Assembly: GCA_042566505.1 (NCBI GenBank)
Contig: JBHPKP010000001.1
Span: 8,483-72,482, forward strand
Reading direction: 5' to 3'
DNA length: 64,000 bases
DNA from: a bacterium
GTDB lineage: Bacteria > RUG730 > JBDRED01 > JBHPKP01
Shown: positions 20,203 to 32,475 of the stretch, one piece after another
Position numbering within the stretch: the first letter of the stretch is position 1
Layout: each line of letters begins with the position of its first letter
The notes under the pieces: generated by a model
What the model was told of the DNA's origin: nothing
Database searches by the model: none
What the model saw: the letters and a program-made list of their open reading frames with translations, nothing else
Program-made: the position numbers and the translations under genes

Positions 20203-21469
20203 ATCCGTTTAATACTAAACCACTCAAAAGTTTAGGATAAAAGTAAGTTGATTTTTGCGGCATAGTCTCAAGATTGAGTGCCACAGACTCAATCTGCTTT
20301 ACAGTCGGAGGATTCATCACAAATCCAACGTCAAACTTTTTTGATTTAACCATTTTTAGAGTTTGACCCAAATCTTTTACATATTTCAAATACTTCTGTT
20401 CAGCTATATCTTTTTTACTAAATTTTAGGACATCTTCAAATACCAAACTTTCCAAAACTGCAACATCCAACTCACAATAAGCCTTTGAACCTTTTATAAT
20501 TTTTTTCAAACTATTTTTATCTTTAAGAACCAAAAAATAAATCGATTTGCCATCATATAATGAGAATGAAATATTTCCTTTTGTAAATTCTTTTTTCATT
20601 AGAGTATCCATTTTGTTCCGAGCAATTTTCTTTATGTCAAAATATTCTGCAAGTTTTTCCAAAAGTACATTTAACGTCATCTTATTCAAATTCACCAATC
20701 TATGTGTCGGAAAAACAGCAAGACCCGGATTTTCCATACTGCACAAAAACATCATTACATAGTCAGATAAACCATTATTTTTGCCTTTCATTTCCTTCGA
20801 ATAATTTAACGCTGTTTCATATCTGTGGTGACCATCTGCAATAAATAGTTTTTTGTTTGTCATAAGTTTTTGAATACTCATAATAATAGAAGCATCCGAA
20901 ACTTTCCAAACTCTATTGCGTTCTTTATGGTTATCTACAAAATCTACATGAGGTTTTCGTTTTGCAATCTTCTTAATAATGGTCTCGATTTTTTTGTTTT
21001 TATCCTCGTAAAGTGAAAATACCTGTGAAAAATTTGCGCTGCATGCGCGCATGAGATTCAACCGGTCAGCCTTTGGTTTTGACAGTGTACGCTCGTGCGG
21101 ATAAACAGTTCCTTTAAAAAGAGGCTCTATCTTTACGCCGCAAATAAAACCTGTCCTGGAATATTTTTTACCTTCGAACTTGAAATCCTGACGATAAAAA
21201 TATAAACAAGGCTCACTATCCTGCTCCAAAATCCCTTTTTTTACCCAATCATGAAAATATTTTGATGCACGAGTATATTTATTGTTCTTCTTGGTATCTT
21301 TTTTGGATTCTTTACCCAAAATCAATTTCACGACATTGTTAACGCTTTTTTTATAAAGCTGATTTTGCTCTTTCGGATCAATCACATCATATGGCGGCGC
21401 TGTAACATCTTGGATATTTGCCTTTTTTTGATTGTAAGTTATTCCTTTTATTGGTACGATTTTCGCCAT
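20183..21469 (-). CDS. DUF1015 family protein
   Basis: N-terminal MAKIVPIKGITYN...APPYDVI block characteristic of DUF1015. Size 428 aa. Confidence 0.7.
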   Translation of the reverse strand: MAKIVPIKGITYNQKKANIQDVTAPPYDVIDPKEQNQLYKKSVNNVVKLILGKESKKDTKKNNKYTRASKYFHDWVKKGILEQDSEPCLYFYRQDFKFEGKKYSRTGFICGVKIEPLFKGTVYPHERTLSKPKADRLNLMRACSANFSQVFSLYEDKNKKIETIIKKIAKRKPHVDFVDNHKERNRVWKVSDASIIMSIQKLMTNKKLFIADGHHRYETALNYSKEMKGKNNGLSDYVMMFLCSMENPGLAVFPTHRLVNLNKMTLNVLLEKLAEYFDIKKIARNKMDTLMKKEFTKGNISFSLYDGKSIYFLVLKDKNSLKKIIKGSKAYCELDVAVLESLVFEDVLKFSKKDIAEQKYLKYVKDLGQTLKMVKSKKFDVGFVMNPPTVKQIESVALNLETMPQKSTYFYPKLLSGLVLNGFENEYN

Positions 21470-21618
21470 TTTTATGCTCCTAAAATAAATTTGTTTTGTA
21501 TTATATCAGAAAAAATATTGAAACATCTAATAGTTTTATTGAGCAGAAAAAAAACACTTAGTTTTTTTAAAAAAATTGTTTATTATAACAACTTATTGCT
21601 CAATTTTTTGGAGGACAC

Positions 21619-23238
21619 ATGAATAACACAAAATACAAAGAAACATGGAAAAAATTACAAAAACATTACGAAGAAATTAAAGACATACACTTAAAAGATA
21701 TTTTTAACGAAGACTCTACCCGTAGTGATAATTTTACTACAGAAGATGTAGGAATACGGCTTGATTACTCAATGAATCACCTAACAAATGAAACCATCAA
21801 ACTGCTTATTGAACTTGCAGAATCCTCTGACCTCAAAAATGAAATTGAAAAAATGTTTACAGGTGAAAAAATTAATAAAACTGAAAATCGTGCAGTATTG
21901 CACACAGCGCTTCGCAATAGGTCAAACACCCCTATCATAGTTAACGGCAAAAATGTAATGGATGATGTTAATAGGGTACTCGATAAAATGGGCGCTCTGT
22001 CCGACAAAATCCGCAGCAAAAAATGGCTCGGTCACACCGGCAAACCAATCAAGAATATCGTAAATATCGGCATTGGAGGATCCGACCTGGGACCTGTAAT
22101 GGCGTGCTATGCACTCAAAGAATACTCTGACCGCTCTCTAAACATCCGATTCGTATCAAATGTTGACAGCACACATTTTTATGAGGAAACTTACGGACTA
22201 AATCCCGAAGAAACATTGTTCATCATTGCATCCAAAACATTTACCACTCAAGAGACTATGACAAATGCTGAAACTGCAAAACAATGGGCACTTGCTACAC
22301 TAAAAGATGAAACAGCAATTGCGAAACATTTCATTGCACTCTCTACAAATGCAAAATCTGTAAGTGAATTTGGGATTGACGCTGAAAACAATATGTTCGA
22401 ATTCTGGGATTGGGTTGGCGGTAGATATTCATTGTGCAGCGCAATCGGCTTGCCGCTTATGATCAGTATTGGAAAGGAAAATTTCATCAATATGCTCGAA
22501 GGATTTCATGCAATGGATAATCATTTCCGAACTACTTCCTTCGACAAAAATATACCTCTGATCTTGGCACTGGTCGGCATCTGGTATAATAATTTCTTTG
22601 GCTCTGAAACACATGCAATTCTTCCATACGAACAATACCTCGCACGGTTTGCAGCATATTTCCAGCAAGGTGACATGGAAAGCAATGGCAAAAGCATAAA
22701 CAAAGACGGATATCCGGTACTTACCCAAACCGGTCCAATCATTTGGGGTGAGCCCGGCACAAACGGACAGCATGCATTTTACCAACTCATTCATCAGGGC
22801 ACCAAACTCATACCGTGTGACTTCATAGGTTTTGCTGAACCATTGCATAATATATCTGACCATCACGATAAACTAATGGCAAACATGTTCGCACAAACAG
22901 AAGCTTTGGCATTCGGCAAAACTTACGAACAAGCATTATTAGAAACAAACGATGAATATCTTGCAAAATTTAAAACATTCGAAGGCAACAAACCAACGAA
23001 CAAATTGCTCATACAAAAACTCACACCTTTTACACTCGGCTCACTCATCGCAACATACGAACACAAAATCTTCGTACAAGGCATACTCTGGAATATCTTC
23101 TCATTCGACCAATGGGGCGTTGAACTTGGCAAAGTGCTCGCAAAAAAGATATTGCCGAAACTATCATCCGACTCCGAGATTTCACACGATTCCTCGACGA
23201 ACAGTGCAATAAATTGGTATAGGAAAAATAAGTCTTAA
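21619..23238 (+). CDS. pgi: glucose-6-phosphate isomerase
   Basis: 539 aa with conserved PGI blocks ([26 protein letters not shown]). Confidence 0.9.
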   Translation: MNNTKYKETWKKLQKHYEEIKDIHLKDIFNEDSTRSDNFTTEDVGIRLDYSMNHLTNETIKLLIELAESSDLKNEIEKMFTGEKINKTENRAVLHTALRNRSNTPIIVNGKNVMDDVNRVLDKMGALSDKIRSKKWLGHTGKPIKNIVNIGIGGSDLGPVMACYALKEYSDRSLNIRFVSNVDSTHFYEETYGLNPEETLFIIASKTFTTQETMTNAETAKQWALATLKDETAIAKHFIALSTNAKSVSEFGIDAENNMFEFWDWVGGRYSLCSAIGLPLMISIGKENFINMLEGFHAMDNHFRTTSFDKNIPLILALVGIWYNNFFGSETHAILPYEQYLARFAAYFQQGDMESNGKSINKDGYPVLTQTGPIIWGEPGTNGQHAFYQLIHQGTKLIPCDFIGFAEPLHNISDHHDKLMANMFAQTEALAFGKTYEQALLETNDEYLAKFKTFEGNKPTNKLLIQKLTPFTLGSLIATYEHKIFVQGILWNIFSFDQWGVELGKVLAKKILPKLSSDSEISHDSSTNSAINWYRKNKS

Positions 23239-23353
23239 TGCCTTTATATTGACAACAAAAAACAAATGGAATAAGATACTGATAAATAGAATTTTTATAC
23301 TAATAAATGAGGGGATAAAAGTTTTAAAAAATATACTAAAAGGAGCTTAGCGA

Positions 23354-25051
23354 ATGTCCCTCAAGCAAACACTCGATAGAAGAGAAAAAAAAATATTTAA
23401 TAAAAAAAACAATCCACCTTTAAAAGGTGACACTATTGCAAAAACAATTAAAAGAAGAATAGTGTCTAGATATTATGTAAATAATTTTTCTGCACAACTT
23501 TCGTCAACACAAAACGAAACTAAAACAACTGGCACGATTATAACTGTCAGTGAAGATGGTATGACAGGTCAATTTAACCATCCTTTAAACCTATTAGAAA
23601 GAATTGATATTAAATTAATAACTCCAAAAAAAGAAGAATACCTTTGTAAAGGAAGAATAATGTGGGCAAATTCAATTGATAATAATCAATTTCAATATGG
23701 TATTGGTTTTTTAGACACTAACTCCAATAAAGAAGTGGTCCTATTCCTAAAAAATTTTATAAACAAGGAACAAAAAAATCTTCCTCAAAACGAAAGAAGG
23801 ATTAACAACAGAAGAACAAAAACAAACAACAAATTGAATGACAACAAAAGGAACACTGAGAGAAGGATAAACAAAAGTATATTTAAGAAATGTATCGCTA
23901 CTTCTAAAGTTGATTACCTTCTAAAAAAAGTCAAAGGTTTTTTTAGAGAAACTTCTACTGCAGCTGCATCAAAGATAGTCACACACGGAAGAGAAATGAT
24001 AGGCTTTAGCTCTTGTAGTTATCTTGGACTAAATAATGACACTAGAGTCAAAAATCTAATGATAAAATCTATTAAACAATACGGAACAACTACTTGCAGC
24101 TCTCCACTAGCCAGTGGCACTATGGATATTCATAATAAATTGACAAAAAAAATTGCTGAGTTTCATAAAACAGAAGACAGCATTTTATATTACATGGGAT
24201 ATTTAGCAAATCAGGGATGCTTAGGTTCTATAGTAAGCAGCCATGATTATATTCTTACTGATGAGAAAAGTCATGCCAGCATAATCGAAGGTTGTTCATT
24301 AGCCAATGGAACCTTCTTGACATATAAACATAACAATATGGATGACTTAAAAAAGCAATTAAAAAAACTTCCAGATACTGGGAAACTTATAGTAACTGAT
24401 GGAGTTTTTAGTATGGATGGAAATGTTGCTAAACTAGACGATATTTATGATTTAGCACAACAATATGATGCCGGAATTATGGTAGACGATGCTCATGGTA
24501 TAGGCGTCTTGGGAAACAATGGAGGCGGTACAGCTGAACACTTTGGACTTGAAGGTAAAATTGATATCATAATGGGTACATTTAGTAAATCAATGGCTCT
24601 AATAGGAGGATATATTACAGGAAAGAAAAGTCTTATTGATTACTTAAAGTGGACAAGTAGAGCTTTTATTTTTAATTTAAGCTTGCCACCCTATATCATC
24701 GAACCTGTTTCAAAAATTATTGATATAATTCAAAAAGAACCAAAACTAAGAGAGTGTTTATGGAATAACATTCATTATATGAAGACTGGACTGCGAGATT
24801 TAGGATTTGATATTGGAAGTCCAGATGCAGCAATAATACCAATTTGGATCAAAAATAACGAAAAAACATATAAACTAGTTGAAGAACTTGAAAAACAAGG
24901 AATCTTTGCAGATACTGCAATTTATCCCATAGTAAAAAAAAAGGAAACCATGATTCGTCTTGTTATTACAGCGGAACACAGTATAGATGATTTAAAAAAA
25001 ACAATTTCTATTTTTAAAACTGTTGGCAAAAAACATAAGTTGATTCCTTAG
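23354..25051 (+). CDS. PilZ-domain / alpha-oxoamine synthase fusion (serine palmitoyltransferase/BioF/Kbl-like PLP acyltransferase)
   Basis: N-terminal ~150 aa carry PilZ-like motifs RIVSR (RxxxR) and VSEDGMTG (DxSxxG-like), then a Lys/Asn/Arg-rich linker. The C-terminal ~370 aa are a class-II aminotransferase AOS-family domain with the PLP-lysine block GTFSKS. Preceded by GGAG RBS. Confidence 0.7.
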   Translation: MSLKQTLDRREKKIFNKKNNPPLKGDTIAKTIKRRIVSRYYVNNFSAQLSSTQNETKTTGTIITVSEDGMTGQFNHPLNLLERIDIKLITPKKEEYLCKGRIMWANSIDNNQFQYGIGFLDTNSNKEVVLFLKNFINKEQKNLPQNERRINNRRTKTNNKLNDNKRNTERRINKSIFKKCIATSKVDYLLKKVKGFFRETSTAAASKIVTHGREMIGFSSCSYLGLNNDTRVKNLMIKSIKQYGTTTCSSPLASGTMDIHNKLTKKIAEFHKTEDSILYYMGYLANQGCLGSIVSSHDYILTDEKSHASIIEGCSLANGTFLTYKHNNMDDLKKQLKKLPDTGKLIVTDGVFSMDGNVAKLDDIYDLAQQYDAGIMVDDAHGIGVLGNNGGGTAEHFGLEGKIDIIMGTFSKSMALIGGYITGKKSLIDYLKWTSRAFIFNLSLPPYIIEPVSKIIDIIQKEPKLRECLWNNIHYMKTGLRDLGFDIGSPDAAIIPIWIKNNEKTYKLVEELEKQGIFADTAIYPIVKKKETMIRLVITAEHSIDDLKKTISIFKTVGKKHKLIP

Positions 25052-25069
25052 TAAATGGAGAAATAATAA

Positions 25070-27799
25070 ATGTATTTAATAATTCTATTCCCAATAGCAT
25101 TTGTAACTTTTTTTATTTTTGTTGGAATATTTAAAATACGTAAAAATTATTTTTTAAAAAATTATTTTATTTCTTTCAATGTTATAACCTTGATTTGGCT
25201 ATTAACTAACTTTTTTTGTTTGTATACAGGTGTTGGCTTTTTATGGTTTAAACTAGCCTACGCAACAGGTGCATTAGTACTCTGCACTACCTTTTTACTT
25301 ATTTTAAGTTTCTCAAAACAAGCAAAATTATCAAATTTCACATTATTAAAAATATATTTAATTGGAGGTTCCTTTTTCACATTATCTCTTTTTGACAACA
25401 TTTTTTTTAAAGGAAAATCTGAAACTTATACAGATTTATTTCTTGTATATTTTATATCACTCATAGGATTATTATTGTTTTCTTTATATAAAATATATAT
25501 CGTATCTAAAAATTTTCAAGGAATTAAAAAGTTACAAGCACGTTATATTTTCTTAGGATTATTCACATTTATTTTTGTCAGCTCACTTATGAGCTTTTGG
25601 TCACCTCTTCTTTTTGATTTTCCAGAACTAGGAAGATATGACTTTTTTGGACAACTTTTTTTCATAGGTTTTACAGGATATGCAATCATCCAGTATAAAC
25701 TTTTGGATATTGACCTTGTCTGGCGTTACACTTCCAGCTATTTACTGTACTTTTTTCTTGGTTCATCACTCTTTGTTTCTATTCTTTTTAGTGTCCGAGA
25801 TTGGTTTTATTCAATCTTAGTAGTCTGTGTCTCATTTGTAGCCTTCTTACCCTTTCTTCATAAATTGATATTGAAATTTGCAAACAACATATTATTAAAA
25901 AAATACAATAGGGTTTGGGATGACTTAAACAAACAAGGATATGAAGATGAGGTTTTTGGCACAACGAAAAAATTAATTAGTAAAAGATTAAACAACATCC
26001 TAAGGCAGCTAAAATTAGCAAATGGCAGCTTCTTTATATTTAAAGAACAAAGTGATAACTATATTTTATTTGAACATCAGGGTAACCAAGGTTCAAAAAA
26101 TATGCGGATTAACTCAAGCAATAAAATTATTGAATATTTAAAGTTTACTAAACAACCTCTAATGAAAGATTTAATTGTTAATGATGATAAAACAGATATT
26201 TTAAGTACAATGGACGAACTAAATGCTGAAATAGCATTCCCTGTTTTCTTAAGTTTTAAACTAATCGGAATACTCTTCCTTGGTCCAAAAATCACAAATA
26301 ATATTTTCAACCCAACTGATATTAACGCTATTGTAGGCATCATCAAACGAACCGAACCAAAGTTAAAGCAAACACTTTACCTAGAACAGCAAGAACAATT
26401 AATGGAAGCATCCAAGAAAATGAGCGAAATAAAAGAACTCAATAAACTTGCAAAATACATTGTTCACACTTTCATGCGTTCTTTAAATTCTGTGAATGCT
26501 TCTATTTATATTTACAATGAAAAAGAAAGTAACTATACAAAAGCTTATGAAAAAGGACTCCTGCAAAACAATAAAGACATTGCATTCAAACATGATGATC
26601 ACTTTATCAAATATCTAACACAACGAGGATCTCCATTACTTTATAATGATATACATAGATGGGCAGAAGAAACAAGATCAGAAGAACTTAAAAATGTTGC
26701 AAAAAAATCTGCCGATATACACGCACAAATAACTATTCCAATGATTTATGAAAAACTTTTAGGGTTTGTTGTATTGGGTGAAAAACGAGTTTTCAAAACA
26801 TATTCGTACGAAGAAATAAACACCTGCAATATACTTGCTTCAGCTGCATCTACAAATATCCACAACATCATCTTGGCAGAGGAAGCTATGCGTGACCCAT
26901 TAACAAATTTGTACAATAGAAAACACTTTAGCGCACTTGTAAAAGAAAGCATTCTCAAATCAATTAAAATCCAAAAACCTCTTTCGTTTATCATTATTGA
27001 CCTTGACCACTTTAAACAATACAATGATGATTTTGGACATCAATATGGTGATACAATTCTTGAAAAATTTTCAAACTATATTGTGCGAAGCATCAGACCC
27101 GCTGATATTGCAGTAAGATATGGTGGTGAAGAATTTGTGCTTATCCTACCTAACACAAACAGTGAAGGTGCGCAAGTTTTCTGCAACCGTCTGCAAGCAA
27201 GCTTAAAAGACGAACCTGTAATAAGTGACATAACAATGAGTATTGGAATTGGAAGCTTCATACCTGAAAAACGTGAAGAAGACGAAATTTATCCTCTTGA
27301 TATTGACAGAATGAAGAATCAACTCATAAAAGTAGCAGATGCAGCTGTTTATAAAGCAAAGAAAAATGGAAGAGATCAAATATACGTCGGAGAAGAACTT
27401 TTGGAACGAAGTATATTAACAAAGAAGAATGAATATAAAATAAAAATTGCAATAATAATTCCTGACGATATAACTGCTCGCAAAACCAGCCACACACTCC
27501 AATTATTAGGATGTGATACACATGTATTTAATACGGGTCGTGATGGTTTAAGATTTATGGATCAATCTAGTCCGGACATAGTTTTGATGTCCCTTGACTT
27601 GCCAGATGTAGATGGAGTTGAAATCATCAGACAAATGGCAATAAAATATATCACTACAATAAAAGCTATTCTAGCCACAACCAACAAAGCTCACCTACGC
27701 GAAGAAATGCTTGAACTTGGAGTACAAGGATTCTTCCTCGAGCCTCTCAAACCACAAGATATTGAAGCATGGATTAAGTATATTAAAGAGATGATTTAA
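25070..27799 (+). CDS. 7TM receptor-GAF-GGDEF diguanylate cyclase with C-terminal receiver domain
   Basis: N-terminal polytopic membrane domain, central GAF-like region, GGDEF domain with intact active site RYGGEEF and I-site RPAD, C-terminal REC domain (DD pair, LMSLDLPD, T, K). Starts 19 bp after the PilZ-AOS gene. Confidence 0.8.
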   Translation: MYLIILFPIAFVTFFIFVGIFKIRKNYFLKNYFISFNVITLIWLLTNFFCLYTGVGFLWFKLAYATGALVLCTTFLLILSFSKQAKLSNFTLLKIYLIGGSFFTLSLFDNIFFKGKSETYTDLFLVYFISLIGLLLFSLYKIYIVSKNFQGIKKLQARYIFLGLFTFIFVSSLMSFWSPLLFDFPELGRYDFFGQLFFIGFTGYAIIQYKLLDIDLVWRYTSSYLLYFFLGSSLFVSILFSVRDWFYSILVVCVSFVAFLPFLHKLILKFANNILLKKYNRVWDDLNKQGYEDEVFGTTKKLISKRLNNILRQLKLANGSFFIFKEQSDNYILFEHQGNQGSKNMRINSSNKIIEYLKFTKQPLMKDLIVNDDKTDILSTMDELNAEIAFPVFLSFKLIGILFLGPKITNNIFNPTDINAIVGIIKRTEPKLKQTLYLEQQEQLMEASKKMSEIKELNKLAKYIVHTFMRSLNSVNASIYIYNEKESNYTKAYEKGLLQNNKDIAFKHDDHFIKYLTQRGSPLLYNDIHRWAEETRSEELKNVAKKSADIHAQITIPMIYEKLLGFVVLGEKRVFKTYSYEEINTCNILASAASTNIHNIILAEEAMRDPLTNLYNRKHFSALVKESILKSIKIQKPLSFIIIDLDHFKQYNDDFGHQYGDTILEKFSNYIVRSIRPADIAVRYGGEEFVLILPNTNSEGAQVFCNRLQASLKDEPVISDITMSIGIGSFIPEKREEDEIYPLDIDRMKNQLIKVADAAVYKAKKNGRDQIYVGEELLERSILTKKNEYKIKIAIIIPDDITARKTSHTLQLLGCDTHVFNTGRDGLRFMDQSSPDIVLMSLDLPDVDGVEIIRQMAIKYITTIKAILATTNKAHLREEMLELGVQGFFLEPLKPQDIEAWIKYIKEMI

Positions 27800-27868
27800 C
27801 AAGTTAACACTTGACGTAACTAACACAAACTCTTTCATACGAGGAATTTCAAATGTTACTTTTGGGAA
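27799..27868 (+). repeat. intergenic repeat family copy B (3'-truncated)
   Basis: ACAAGTTAACACTTGACGTAACTAACACAAACTCTTTCATACGAGGAATTTCAAATGTTACTTTTGGG. Near-identical to copy A at 34436 and inverted copy D at 63641 but lacking ~24 nt. Confidence 0.7.
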
Positions 27869-27894
27869 TTAAGATTGGCCTTAATTTTTAATTA

Positions 27895-29970
27895 TTATCC
27901 GACTTTTATGAGTACCATATCAGTGCCGAATCGTTTGGATAGTTTGTTTTTTAGAAGTATATTTTCTTGGGAGGTTAGTTCAAAATCATTCCGAAGTACT
28001 TTTTTGCTGGCTGACCGAGCCAAACTTATGATGTGCGAATCTTGCAAAAGATCGCCTATTCGTAATTCCGGTAGGCCGTGCTGCCTGCCTCCGATAAATT
28101 CACCAGGACCGCGAAGCCTTAAATCCTCATCTGCAATCATGAATCCATCATTGTGATTCACAAGCGCTTTCAATCTTCTGACTGCATCCGGAATTTTCAC
28201 ATTGCTTACGAGGAAACACTTTGATTCATGAACCCCTCTCCCCACACGCCCTCTAAGCTGATGGAGCGTGGCAAGTCCAAAACGTTCTGCATGCTCAATA
28301 ATCATTACTGTTGCATTTGGAACATCAATGCCTACCTCAATAACAGTTGTTGCAACTAATATTTTAATTTTGCCGGATTTAAAATCACTCATTACTTGAT
28401 TTTTTTCTATAGTAGGAAGCTTTCCATGCAAAAGTCCAATTTCCACACCCGGAAAAACATTCTGCCTCAAATATTCACACATAGCAGTAGCGGCCCTCAG
28501 CTCCAACTTATTCTCATCAACTGCCGGATACACAACATATCCCTGCCTGCCTTTTGAAACCTCTTCTTGTAAGGCAGCAAATGCTTGCTTCTGAGATGCT
28601 ATTTTAGTTGCAATTTTTTTTCTACCCTTTGGGAGTTCCCGTATGGTGGATACATCCAAATCACCATAAACAGTTAATGCAAGTGTACGTGGAATTGGTG
28701 TTGCAGTCATGACCAAAACATCGGGCACAAATCCCTTACGTCTCAAGTTCAGCCTCTGATACACTCCAAATCTATGCTGTTCATCAATAATAATAAGTGC
28801 AAGATTTTTAAATTTCACGTCATCACTTATAAGTGCGTGTGTTCCAACAATAATATCTATCTCACCATTTTCAAGACGAGCCAAAATATCAGTTTTTTCT
28901 TTTTTCTTCATACTTCCAACCAAAAATCCAACTTTTACATCCAAGTCTTTGGTGTATTCTTTTATCGAAAGATAATGCTGCTCTGCCAAAACTTCTGTTG
29001 GAGCCATCAAAGCGCCCTGCAATCCATTCTCAATGCCAAGTAAAAGCGCAGAGAGCGCAACAACTGTTTTTCCGGACCCCACATCACCTTGAAGCAATCT
29101 ATTCATTGGAGCTGCGCATGCCATATCATCAAAAATTTCGTTTATTACGTGCTTTTGGCAGTTGGTAAATTCAAAAGCTAATGATTTTTTGAACGGTGTT
29201 AAAAGATTTTTTTTAATTTTATATGTGTGCGATTTTTCTTCTTTTTTCGCAAGCTGTCTTTGTCTAAGCAGCGCACATTCCAAAAGAAAAAACTCGTCGA
29301 ATACGAGCCGTTTGTAAGCCTGATTCTTTAAATCAATTGAGTCTGGGAAATGTATGTTTCGGATTGCATGTTTTAGAGGCAAAAAATTATGCTCTTGGAT
29401 TATTTGGTCCGGCAGATGGTCAATCACTTCACTCAGAGCATTTTGCTCCAACACCTGTTTCACGAGCGAACGAACAAACTTATTATCTACATTTTCTGTA
29501 AGTGAGTATACAGGAATCACTCGCCCTGTATTCGAAAGATTTTCAGCCGAATCATTTACCTCATACTCAATAACCTTTATGCCTTCCCAATCAACTGTTC
29601 CTGTTAAAAATAGTTTTATCCCGCATGCAAGTTGCTTCTTTAAATAGTGAAATACATCGTACTTATAACTTCTACGTCTGAACCAATATGCATTCAACAC
29701 ACCTGTTCCGTCATCAATCGCTGCTTTGAATATCACCATACCCGAACGAGTAGATATAACCTCATTGTGCACGATCTCACCAAAAACTGTTGCAGTCTCC
29801 GCAACTGAAATATCATTAATCTTTTGAATCGTGCTGCGATCAATCCATGTTCGTGGAAAATAGTAGAGCAAGTCCTTTACTGACAAAATGCCTAATTTCT
29901 CAAGCAACTTGGCACGTTTTGGACCAACACCCTTTAAATATTGTACATGTGTATCGAGTTTGTTCTGCAT
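27895..29970 (-). CDS. recG: ATP-dependent DNA helicase RecG
   Basis: Probable start at internal Met (MQNKLDTHVQYLKGVGPKRAKLLEKLGI). Wedge domain and DEQH helicase motifs (GDVGSGKT, DEQHRFGV) present. Confidence 0.9.
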   Translation of the reverse strand: MQNKLDTHVQYLKGVGPKRAKLLEKLGILSVKDLLYYFPRTWIDRSTIQKINDISVAETATVFGEIVHNEVISTRSGMVIFKAAIDDGTGVLNAYWFRRRSYKYDVFHYLKKQLACGIKLFLTGTVDWEGIKVIEYEVNDSAENLSNTGRVIPVYSLTENVDNKFVRSLVKQVLEQNALSEVIDHLPDQIIQEHNFLPLKHAIRNIHFPDSIDLKNQAYKRLVFDEFFLLECALLRQRQLAKKEEKSHTYKIKKNLLTPFKKSLAFEFTNCQKHVINEIFDDMACAAPMNRLLQGDVGSGKTVVALSALLLGIENGLQGALMAPTEVLAEQHYLSIKEYTKDLDVKVGFLVGSMKKKEKTDILARLENGEIDIIVGTHALISDDVKFKNLALIIIDEQHRFGVYQRLNLRRKGFVPDVLVMTATPIPRTLALTVYGDLDVSTIRELPKGRKKIATKIASQKQAFAALQEEVSKGRQGYVVYPAVDENKLELRAATAMCEYLRQNVFPGVEIGLLHGKLPTIEKNQVMSDFKSGKIKILVATTVIEVGIDVPNATVMIIEHAERFGLATLHQLRGRVGRGVHESKCFLVSNVKIPDAVRRLKALVNHNDGFMIADEDLRLRGPGEFIGGRQHGLPELRIGDLLQDSHIISLARSASKKVLRNDFELTSQENILLKNKLSKRFGTDMVLIKVG

Positions 29971-30201
29971 AATGGTATATTTATAGCAAAAAAATGTACG
30001 GTTGTAAAAAATGAGGAGAATAACATCATTTTTAAAGGTACTAAATTCGACCAGTTCACAACTAATTGATAGACAACTATAGCACATATGTGCTTTTAAG
30101 GAAGTCTGCTTCTTGTCTTGAACTGTGATTCGTGATTCGTATGATTTTTATGATGAACATGATTTTAGCCATAAGACACAAACATTACTTTCCCTACACC
30201 T

Positions 30202-30236
30202 AAAAAAACCCCGAGGCATATCACCTCGGGGTTTTT
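30202..30236. terminator. intrinsic (bidirectional) terminator downstream of groEL
   Basis: AAAAAAACCCCGAGGCATATCACCTCGGGGTTTTTAAAA: GC-rich hairpin flanked by A-run and T-run. Confidence 0.8.
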
Positions 30237-30266
30237 AAAATTACATATTTCTTATGAGTTCAGCGA

Positions 30267-31949
<1,683 letters not shown>

Positions 31950-32237
31950 TTATCCGATTATTGCAATGACATCGTCTTGGCTAACAATCATAAAATCTTC
32001 TCCATTAACCTTGACTTCTTTGCCTGCATATTTTTCATACATAACTTTATCACCAACTTTAATTTCCATTGGGATAATGCTGCCAGCTTCATTTTTTTTG
32101 CCTGCACCCACTGCAACAATTTCGCCTTCATTTGGTTTTTGTTTCGCAGTATCAGGAATAATGATACCACTTTTAGTTTTTTCTTCTCCTTTTCCCACCT
32201 TTACAATAACTCTGTCACCTAGAGGTTTTAAATTCAT
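31950..32237 (-). CDS. groS: co-chaperonin GroES
   Basis: 95 aa, MNLKPLGDRVIVK..., mobile loop present. Confidence 0.95.
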   Translation of the reverse strand: MNLKPLGDRVIVKVGKGEEKTKSGIIIPDTAKQKPNEGEIVAVGAGKKNEAGSIIPMEIKVGDKVMYEKYAGKEVKVNGEDFMIVSQDDVIAIIG

Positions 32238-32265
32238 ATTTCCCTCCTCCTTTTTAAAATTTTTA

Positions 32266-32292
32266 TTAGCACTCTGGCTATTTGAGTGCTAA
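32266..32292. promoter_or_regulatory. CIRCE operator (HrcA binding site) upstream of groES
   Basis: TTAGCACTC-N9-GAGTGCTAA, a perfect match to the CIRCE consensus, 29 bp upstream of the groES start. Confidence 0.8.
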
Positions 32293-32363
32293 TTATATTT
32301 AAAACCATTTTTTATGTCAATATTTTTTTTATCGTCGAGGAAATGTATAAAATAATGGCTGCT

Positions 32364-32390
32364 TTAGCAGTCTTGAGGTTTGAGTGCTAA
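32364..32390. promoter_or_regulatory. second, slightly degenerate CIRCE element
   Basis: TTAGCAGTC-N9-GAGTGCTAA (one mismatch), ~100 bp upstream of the first CIRCE. Confidence 0.55.
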
Positions 32391-32475
32391 TTTACTAGGC
32401 TTTTAGCAATTTAGCGATTTCTTTTGGGAATATATGCAAATTAATAACATCTCGATCTTTTGTTATTAAACCTAT

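Noticed and set aside
22429-22866. 145-aa minus-strand ORF (plus 22248-22490, 22521-22760, 21777-22019) within pgi
   Set aside because: Antisense to pgi, with no RBS or domain. Artefact of a long sense ORF.
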